Shown: in pieces, positions 45,351 to 51,738 of the stretch
Numbering within the stretch: the first letter of the stretch is position 1
Layout of the letters: each line of letters begins with the position of its first letter
Origin: a virus
Lineage: Duplodnaviria > Caudoviricetes
IMG/VR virus record: IMGVR_UViG_3300031628_000003
Span: 1-51,738 of that record
Reading direction: 5' to 3' (one strand)
Length of the DNA: 51,738 nt
The notes under the pieces: generated by a model
What the model saw: the letters and a program-made list of their open reading frames with translations, nothing else
Told to the model about the DNA's origin: nothing
Database searches by the model: none
Program-made: the position numbers and the translations under genes

Positions 45351-46448
45351 TTAGCGGAACTTGGATAGGTTCTTGAGGAAATCTAATTGATCACTCTCAG
45401 ACCCTTCACCTGTAAGGACTTTGTTACGAACTGCGGTATTTACTTTACCTTGTTGTGCACTCTTAGTCAGACCCTTTTTAATAGGTGCTGATTTAGCTCT
45501 AGGCGCTGCCTTTCGCTTAACAGCTCCCTTAGTGGCTTTCTGCTTTAGCCTACGGTAATCATCAATAAATTTGATAATAGTTGCATCTTCAATGAGTGGA
45601 AGGAGTTCTTTTGGGATTCCCTCATCTAATGCAAACTGTTGTATAGCTTCTGCGTCTTCCACAAAAGATGGGACAAGTTGTGCAATATCAGTGTTAAACT
45701 TTGCAAATGTCTGCTGGTTTTGAAGTTCAAGCTGGGCTTGTTGTTTCTCTTGCACAGCAGCAGTCAAACCTTCACGCTTTTGTCGAGCGGTCCAGTAAGC
45801 TTCTTGAGCAGTTTCACGTTGATCTTTCAGTTCTGTGATTTCATAAGTACTACCCTCTTTACGGGCTTCCTTAATCTTTTCATCAAAGCTATGGTACTCA
45901 GCTGCAAGTTCGTTTTCTTCACCTTGAAGTTGTTCTTGTAGTAATGTAGCCATACCTTGTAAGTCATCAAGTTGTGACTGTTGTTCAGTCTCAAACTCTT
46001 TCCTTTGTTCGCTAATCTTGTTTCCCTTTTTAGACAAGCTTTGATCTGTCGCATAACCTTTACGGAGTTCTTCAAGAGTTAAGTGTTGCTCAACCCCATC
46101 GATCTTAACTGGCACTTTATAGTCCCAATCAATATCCTCTTCTGTGAGTAAGTCGGAGTCTTGGGTAGATTCATCATCATCCTCTGTTCCATCTTCTTCA
46201 ATTGAAGTGTCATCTTCTTGATCTAGTGTATCGTCTTCATCTGTATCGTCTTCAGTGGGTACTTCATCTACAGAATCTTCCGGGTCACCTTCTTCAGAAT
46301 CTTCTGGTAGATCAGTCTCAATACCAAGATGTTTTGCCATAGGCCCCATCGGTACTGGAATGTCATCAAAATTCTGTGGTTGTTGACCAGCATTGAAATC
46401 AGAGTCATCTCCTGTGGAGGTAGACGCTGGAATGTTTTCGTTGCTCAT
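45351..46448 (-). CDS. capsid scaffolding protein
   Basis: very acidic N-terminus, VKIDGVEQHLTLEELRKGY, coiled coil, basic C-terminus; precedes capsid gene. Confidence 0.85.
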   Translation of the reverse strand: MSNENIPASTSTGDDSDFNAGQQPQNFDDIPVPMGPMAKHLGIETDLPEDSEEGDPEDSVDEVPTEDDTDEDDTLDQEDDTSIEEDGTEDDDESTQDSDLLTEEDIDWDYKVPVKIDGVEQHLTLEELRKGYATDQSLSKKGNKISEQRKEFETEQQSQLDDLQGMATLLQEQLQGEENELAAEYHSFDEKIKEARKEGSTYEITELKDQRETAQEAYWTARQKREGLTAAVQEKQQAQLELQNQQTFAKFNTDIAQLVPSFVEDAEAIQQFALDEGIPKELLPLIEDATIIKFIDDYRRLKQKATKGAVKRKAAPRAKSAPIKKGLTKSAQQGKVNTAVRNKVLTGEGSESDQLDFLKNLSKFR

Positions 46449-46474
46449 AATTTATTATCCCTGTTAGTCCTCGT

Positions 46475-46711
46475 TTACTTTACTTTCTTATTTGATTGAA
46501 CCTTAGCTTTTTGTACAACAGGTACATTGTCAGCGTGGTTGTCAATAAGACTTTTTACTAGAATGAGTGCAGAAGACATTGCCTGTAGGGTGTTGGCATG
46601 TAATCGGCTCTTCTCATTTCCTTTACCGATTTCTCGTATTAAGGATACCTGTGATCGCTGTAAGTCATACTCAGCTCTCGTTAACTCGTCTAGTGTATTA
46701 GTTGGAATCAT
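46475..46711 (-). CDS. hypothetical protein
   Basis: ATG46711 after GAGG (track start 46726). Confidence 0.55.
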   Translation of the reverse strand: MIPTNTLDELTRAEYDLQRSQVSLIREIGKGNEKSRLHANTLQAMSSALILVKSLIDNHADNVPVVQKAKVQSNKKVK

Positions 46712-47057
46712 TATCTTGTTCCTCATCTTCTAAATGTGATTGATCAATAAATTCTTGGTTGAATCCATAAGTTTCTATTTTAATCAATCGTTCTTTTACT
46801 GAGCCTAAGCCCATTGCTACGTGGTATAAATACTCTCTCTCTTTCGTGCAGTGAGACTCAGTGTTTAACCATTTTAAAAATAGATCTGAAAGTATATCTC
46901 CGTACGCTTCTGTGAAGAACTCATCTCTTTCTTTCTTAGAAAAAGTAGCTTTACCTAAAGCTGTTTGAGCATCAGAGAAAGGTCCGGGTCGATATGTCCC
47001 ATCAGATTGAAGCTGTGGCTTGACCTTCTTGTCAATACCCGGTTTATACTTCTTCAT
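46698..47057 (-). CDS. hypothetical protein downstream of portal
   Basis: W..T....EREYLYH motif typical of the small gene between portal and scaffold. Confidence 0.65.
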   Translation of the reverse strand: MKKYKPGIDKKVKPQLQSDGTYRPGPFSDAQTALGKATFSKKERDEFFTEAYGDILSDLFLKWLNTESHCTKEREYLYHVAMGLGSVKERLIKIETYGFNQEFIDQSHLEDEEQDNDSN

Positions 47058-47086
47058 CTTTTATATCTCTTGTACTAGGTTAGGTA

Positions 47087-47122
47087 GGGGTCTTAATTTA
47101 AAGCTGAGACCCCAAGCAGCTT
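47087..47122 (-). promoter_or_regulatory. H-type RNA pseudoknot downstream of the portal gene
   Basis: sense strand AAGCUG-CUU-GGGGUCU-CAGCUU-UAAAUUA-AGACCCC: perfect 6-bp and 7-bp crossing stems. Confidence 0.6.
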
Positions 47123-47148
47123 AGATACAGTATCACCCCCTATATCGC

Positions 47149-49335
47149 TTAACCGGGCATACCATCCATTGGAGGTTCCTGAGGTAAAGCTGATTTGGAT
47201 GCTCCAGATGCTCCAGCAGTTGTAGTCATAACATCAGCTACAAGTGTTTGTGCTTTTGCATATAGTACATCAATGTTAGTTTTAGTTGGCATGGCTTGCT
47301 GTTCCTTTCCAGCTTCTAAGGCTAACTTGGACCATTCTTGTTCGGATTTATCTAACGCAACCATAAGTTGTTTTAGGTTATCCTGAATGGCGTTCTGGGC
47401 TTGTACGTTTGTGAAGTCAATGTTAGCTTGTTGTAAATCTACTTCTAACTTCGCTGTCAACTCTTTAAGCTCTGTAGCTTTCGCCTGAGCTTCTTGATCT
47501 TTCTTTTGACCTTCTTCTGCTTTCTTTTTAAACTCATCTGTGTTGATATCAATAAGATAATCAAGAGGGTCTAAACCTAAAGCATCAAACGCTTGTACTG
47601 CAATAGTTGAAGCTGCAGTTGGTGCTACAACAGCACCTGCACCAGCGTCCCGAAGGGCTGGCAGGATTTGTTGGCCTATCATTTGTAACTTCTGTAACTG
47701 GGTCTGATTGCTGGCATCGCCAACATCTGCTTCCACAGACATAAATTCAATTCCGGGTAAATCATTTATTAACACATCGAGATACCTTGCATTTCCTGTA
47801 TATGCCCCTACAGACCCACCACGCATTTCTTTTTGCATTGTACGGTAGATACCTTCAAGGAGTTCCCGACCGCCAGTTTCCATGAATCTACGAGCAATAA
47901 ATTGTATGCGTATTTGTGCAGCTGACTGCACTTGTGACACCTTAGCTTCTGAATTACCAGACACGTATAAAGCATCGTTAAGTCCTTGGGCTGCCTTAGA
48001 CAGACCCGTGGCTTGTTCCTTGTGACCTTGCAAGAACTGAAGTAATGGGACAGTTCCTGTTGATATTTGCTCTGGTGGTAAAGATGCAACTGCACCCTGT
48101 GGGTTACCATTAGAGGCAATAATCTGCTTAGGCTTCATGTTTTGTAAAGCAGAGAAGTCGACTACATTGGGGTCTGCAATCTTAGGTGCATAGTTTGTCA
48201 AGTATGTATTCTCAACAAAGCCACGTAAAATAGCTGTAGATGCCAATGTAGAAGGTCTAACCATATCTGACATAGATAAACCTTCAAGTTCGAATGGTAT
48301 TTCAAACGGTGTAAAGGCTGCTACTTGAATATGATCTGCGTCTTCTTCTTCTAGTATAGTGTCGCCTACACGAACAATATACTTTAGTTCAGCGATACCA
48401 TCACCGTCACGATCTACATATACCCAACAGCGGAGTACTACAGCAGACTCTGTGGCTTCTAGTTGATTGTCATCACCTGAACCTAATAACAAGGTTGTAC
48501 CGATAGCTTGCTTACGTGCAAGGGAATCTGTATTAAGCTCGGACGCGTAATGCGTATTACTTTCTACAGTAGACCAATCAACACCTTCAGCTTTGTCAGG
48601 CCAACGTTCTCTGATTTCGGATCTTGTCATCTCTTCTTCAAAACCTACAAAGGATGCATCATGTATACCTGTGGCGCCTCTTCCGACTCTTAGGGTCTCA
48701 GGTGGTACTGGTGATACAACAACTTTGTTGGTAACTTTTGTACGCTTAAGTCGTACATCAAGGTAGTTACCTGATTGTTCATCTAAATAGATATCACCTG
48801 TTGTAGTGATCTCTGGGTCTGATAGTTGCACATCTAGTGCAGTGCTAGCAATTGTTTCGTACTCTTCAAAAGAAATAGTTTCTTCTGATGCATATGTCCA
48901 TGTAACTGCAGCTAGCTTCCACATAAGTGCTGACTTAAGCCATGTGTTAAGAACTGACCAACCACGGTTCTTAGTAAACAAACAGTGGTTTAACAGCTCT
49001 GATGCTGCAGTAGCTTTATGGTATGCCAGTGGAGTACGATCATAAGACTTAAACTTTGCTAATTTATTGTTATCAAACAATAGCTCTGAGAGTATTGCAG
49101 TGTAACCTTCAATTGCTTCAACTGTGTCTGAGGACACAATACGAGATACGCCTTGTGGCTTTAAGTGGCCTTGGGGTATCATCGCGTATTCATAGGTTGA
49201 CTTCTGACGTTCATCAGATAGCTCTGAGGTATCTAGGAAACTAGCACTAGCCTGTGCTAACTTGTAGTCGAGGAGTGTTGTTAGGTCCTCATCGGATACT
49301 GCAACTTTGTATCCATCTTCATTATTACTTGCCAT
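47149..49335 (-). CDS. portal protein
   Basis: 728 aa between terminase and scaffold; SRIVSSDT, DRDGDGIAE, EQATGLS..AQG, IARRFMETG. Confidence 0.88.
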   Translation of the reverse strand: MASNNEDGYKVAVSDEDLTTLLDYKLAQASASFLDTSELSDERQKSTYEYAMIPQGHLKPQGVSRIVSSDTVEAIEGYTAILSELLFDNNKLAKFKSYDRTPLAYHKATAASELLNHCLFTKNRGWSVLNTWLKSALMWKLAAVTWTYASEETISFEEYETIASTALDVQLSDPEITTTGDIYLDEQSGNYLDVRLKRTKVTNKVVVSPVPPETLRVGRGATGIHDASFVGFEEEMTRSEIRERWPDKAEGVDWSTVESNTHYASELNTDSLARKQAIGTTLLLGSGDDNQLEATESAVVLRCWVYVDRDGDGIAELKYIVRVGDTILEEEDADHIQVAAFTPFEIPFELEGLSMSDMVRPSTLASTAILRGFVENTYLTNYAPKIADPNVVDFSALQNMKPKQIIASNGNPQGAVASLPPEQISTGTVPLLQFLQGHKEQATGLSKAAQGLNDALYVSGNSEAKVSQVQSAAQIRIQFIARRFMETGGRELLEGIYRTMQKEMRGGSVGAYTGNARYLDVLINDLPGIEFMSVEADVGDASNQTQLQKLQMIGQQILPALRDAGAGAVVAPTAASTIAVQAFDALGLDPLDYLIDINTDEFKKKAEEGQKKDQEAQAKATELKELTAKLEVDLQQANIDFTNVQAQNAIQDNLKQLMVALDKSEQEWSKLALEAGKEQQAMPTKTNIDVLYAKAQTLVADVMTTTAGASGASKSALPQEPPMDGMPG

Positions 49336-49392
49336 CTATGACACCTCTTTTATGTGGGTAAACACCCTACAAATCAATCTATTAAAATTAGG

Positions 49393-49468
49393 TGGTTTCA
49401 TTACTTATCTTTCCCGATACGCGAAGAAACCATAACAAACGTCTTTCATAGTGGAGGACTATGGGAAA
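49393..49468 (-). promoter_or_regulatory. structured intergenic RNA between terL and portal
   Basis: two hairpins (CATAGT/ACTATG; TGGTTTC..TATC/GATA..GAAACCA) with a possible UUUCCC:GGGAAA loop pairing. Confidence 0.45.
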
Positions 49469-49471
49469 CTT

Positions 49472-51121
49472 TTAAAGCCACTGGGTATCATCAGTTATAA
49501 ACGATTGGTTCCTAAAAGAAACTTTTGTCGTTGATAACCTACCTCCGTGAGTACGGAGTACCTCTAAGGCTATTGCCGTTGCTATTACTGTGTCATCATG
49601 ACAACCTGAGATAGCATTTGTTTTACCACTGGCATCAGCCACATAGTTCATACACTCTTGTATGATAATGGGGGAGGCAAGAGAAATATCATCATTCTCT
49701 ATTGCGTTCTTAAGATGCCCTATGATCATTGGCTTAGTAGCTTGGGTAGTCCTCCAACCCAGACGAGTACCTTCCTCATTAGATACATTAGCTACTTTAG
49801 TTTGATGGTATAAGTTCACGTAATCCATTTGTTTTAATCGGTTTAGTGTTGCTATACCTAAGGAATTAGATTCCACTGCAAGCAGGGAGTTGTTGTAGTA
49901 TCTACCTAAATAGAATAAAAGATCTCCGTATTGAGTGGGATCGATTTTATTATTCCGATAAACAGCACAGACTTCTCTGTCTGCATTAAGGACTACTGCT
50001 GCTGAGTAGTCTTGTCCAACCCCTAAAGCACAGTCAGCACCTATTATAAAGTTACTGTCAAACTTAGGGTACTTAAAGATCTCAAGGTGTCCCTCCCTGT
50101 GATCGTCAAACGTACATGATTCAATACTGAAGTTTTGTCTTTTAACACAAATCTCTGGTTGCGTGTTTAATAGCTTACCCGTGTCAAATACGTTAGATCC
50201 TGAAACTATAAATGCTTCATTGGCTGTAGATGGGTACTCTTGTTTAAACTTATCCATACCCCCTTCGGCTATCTTAAGACGCCTCCAGTACAACTGTTCA
50301 ATATCTAATCCATGTAGTGTTTGTAACTCTTCCTCTGATTCTGTAATAGTATCTGAGAATACCTCAGGCTCTAATACAAATCGTCTGTACTCAGGCATTA
50401 AAAACCACGGAACAAATATGGGGATATATTCATTCTCTCCAGCTACAGCACCCTTCCACAATCTATGAAACTCATTACCCACGCCATTGGCTGTGGACTC
50501 CAGGATTACTTCCGTACCGTCAGCTTGTGAGATACCTTGGAATAAACCAGCAAGAATCTTTGCATCATGAGTCCAAAAAGCAACTTCAGATAAGTGAGCA
50601 ATAGTTGGTGTGGTTCCACGACCTGCCTCAGGGGAACCTGCTGTGTACAAACGATACCCTGAGTCATTGTGTTCAAACCCAATCTCCTTAGAGTTAGACT
50701 TCTTTAGCACAGGTTTAAACTCTGGCTTCATGTTTTGTATAATATTACGTGACATGGAGAAGAGTGCATCAGACGTTGCTGAGTCATGTGCCATAACAAC
50801 TGATTTGTTAAACGGTGTAAGGTACGACTTCCAGTATACACGTCCACAAGAGTAAGTTGATAAACCCATCTGCCTTGCCTTAAGTATAATAGCGCGTACC
50901 TTACCTGTTTCTTTTAATTGTTTTTCTATTGCATCATCTACAATCTGTTGAGCTGCATTAAACTCTAAGGGTATAAAACCCCTACCTGCATCTTTTGGTA
51001 ATATACGGATCTGTTCTTTAGCGAAGTCTTGGAAGGACCCCTCGTATCTTACGAGATCCTTACGCTTCTGAATTTCTATTGCTAAAGCCAGCTTCTGTCT
51101 ATTGGTTATTTTAGTTTCCAA
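49472..51121 (-). CDS. terL: terminase large subunit
   Basis: ILKARQMGLST, HLSEVAFW, ESTANG, GADCALG..DYS, VESNS, HDDTVIA; TTG51121 after GGAGG (track start 51178). Confidence 0.95.
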   Translation of the reverse strand: METKITNRQKLALAIEIQKRKDLVRYEGSFQDFAKEQIRILPKDAGRGFIPLEFNAAQQIVDDAIEKQLKETGKVRAIILKARQMGLSTYSCGRVYWKSYLTPFNKSVVMAHDSATSDALFSMSRNIIQNMKPEFKPVLKKSNSKEIGFEHNDSGYRLYTAGSPEAGRGTTPTIAHLSEVAFWTHDAKILAGLFQGISQADGTEVILESTANGVGNEFHRLWKGAVAGENEYIPIFVPWFLMPEYRRFVLEPEVFSDTITESEEELQTLHGLDIEQLYWRRLKIAEGGMDKFKQEYPSTANEAFIVSGSNVFDTGKLLNTQPEICVKRQNFSIESCTFDDHREGHLEIFKYPKFDSNFIIGADCALGVGQDYSAAVVLNADREVCAVYRNNKIDPTQYGDLLFYLGRYYNNSLLAVESNSLGIATLNRLKQMDYVNLYHQTKVANVSNEEGTRLGWRTTQATKPMIIGHLKNAIENDDISLASPIIIQECMNYVADASGKTNAISGCHDDTVIATAIALEVLRTHGGRLSTTKVSFRNQSFITDDTQWL

Positions 51122-51199
51122 AGGGAGTCCTCCAAGACTACGTTTAGGTAACCCCTGCCATGAGGGGTTTGTAAGCAATACAAAATAAATAAAAGAGTA

Positions 51200-51738
51200 G
51201 TTACCTCATAGTACTACTAAGGGACCTATAGTACCTATAGTATCCCTAAGGAACTCCCTAGTATATAAGAAGGTATAGCAGTAGTAGTTAACCTTAGGTA
51301 TCCTTAAGAACCTATAAGTACTTAACTTACTACTCTTGAGGGGGGTGTCTGACTGTTATATCTATATATATTAGATACAAGTACAGTGATGTAGCTACTC
51401 AGAGACCCCCTCGTATCTCTTAAGGTAGTACCTTACCGTGTCCAGTATCTGGTACTACCCTAGCTACTCACTAGTGTTCCTATAAGGTACTTAAAAGATT
51501 ATATGTATTGTTCCTATAAGGTACTTAAAAGATATAAGGGTTTCACAGAAGTTTATCTAGGGGATACACGGGTAAGTCCCTTGATATACAGGGTACCTTC
51601 ATTACTTCGGTACCCCCCAAGATCCCCAAGGGGATCCCTCAGGATACCTAGGGTATCCCTTAGACACCCTCAGTATCCCGTAGGAATACTAAGGGGATCA
51701 TCCAAACTAACCTTAGGGATACAAAAGGAGTCCACCTA
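51200..51738. repeat. non-coding end region with degenerate ~10-11 bp repeats and short palindromes
   Basis: no ORF in the track; recurring AG(G)GATCCC/AGTA(C/T)CC-like units; palindromes such as ATCCCC-AA-GGGGAT and GGATACC-TAG-GGTATCC. Confidence 0.55.
51475..51533 (-). promoter_or_regulatory. two tandem copies of the putative phage late promoter
   Basis: exact 25-nt direct repeat TGTTCCTATAAGGTACTTAAAAGAT at 51475-51499 and 51509-51533, oriented toward terL. Confidence 0.75.

Noticed and set aside
47122-47151. Portal stop-codon readthrough or frameshift stimulated by the downstream pseudoknot
   Set aside because: The 26-nt spacing is much longer than typical and no slippery heptamer is evident
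49453-49475. Plus-strand GGAGG-ACT-ATG as an antisense gene start
   Set aside because: Gives only Met-Gly-Asn-Phe-stop; it is part of a hairpin
17058-50855. Antisense and out-of-frame ORFs in the track (e.g. 27426-27839, 42285-42752, 45639-45941)
   Set aside because: They lie within well-supported genes, lack SDs or motifs, and reflect codon bias or low complexity
51475-51533. 25-nt direct repeat as a mini CRISPR array
   Set aside because: Only two copies 9 nt apart, no cas genes, and an inverted third copy upstream of a gene fits a promoter better
1-51738. tRNA genes, integrase, introns/inteins, alternative genetic code
   Set aside because: No cloverleaf or recombinase motifs seen; core enzymes are uninterrupted; all three stop codons end genes normally

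Overview
Most of a lytic, probably marine, podovirus-like dsDNA phage genome. The early region and left end appear to lie outside the window. There are two convergent arms that meet at a double-hairpin terminator (about 16.6 kb). The + arm (1-16.6 kb) carries T7-like replication and nucleotide-metabolism genes (SSB, cytosine MTase-like, PhoH, glutaredoxin, NrdAB, family A DNA polymerase, exonuclease, primase-helicase, MazG) and a compact T7-family RNA polymerase. The - arm (51.2-16.7 kb) carries terminase, portal, scaffold, capsid, adaptor, tail fibres, lysis genes and a Cys-free ejection-protein cluster. Main result: the last ejection gene (1262 aa) has the catalytic motifs of a second single-subunit RNA polymerase resembling the N4 virion RNAP core, so the phage seems to have a two-polymerase programme with a stand-alone mini-vRNAP. 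Also seen: a staphylococcal-nuclease-like domain on the neighbouring ejection protein, a repeated phage-type promoter in front of both the late operon and a displaced terminase small subunit candidate, three intergenic RNA pseudoknots, Glu710Gln/Tyr766Phe substitutions in the DNA polymerase, and apparent CCWGG avoidance. All calls come from reading motifs by eye; no database searches were run.
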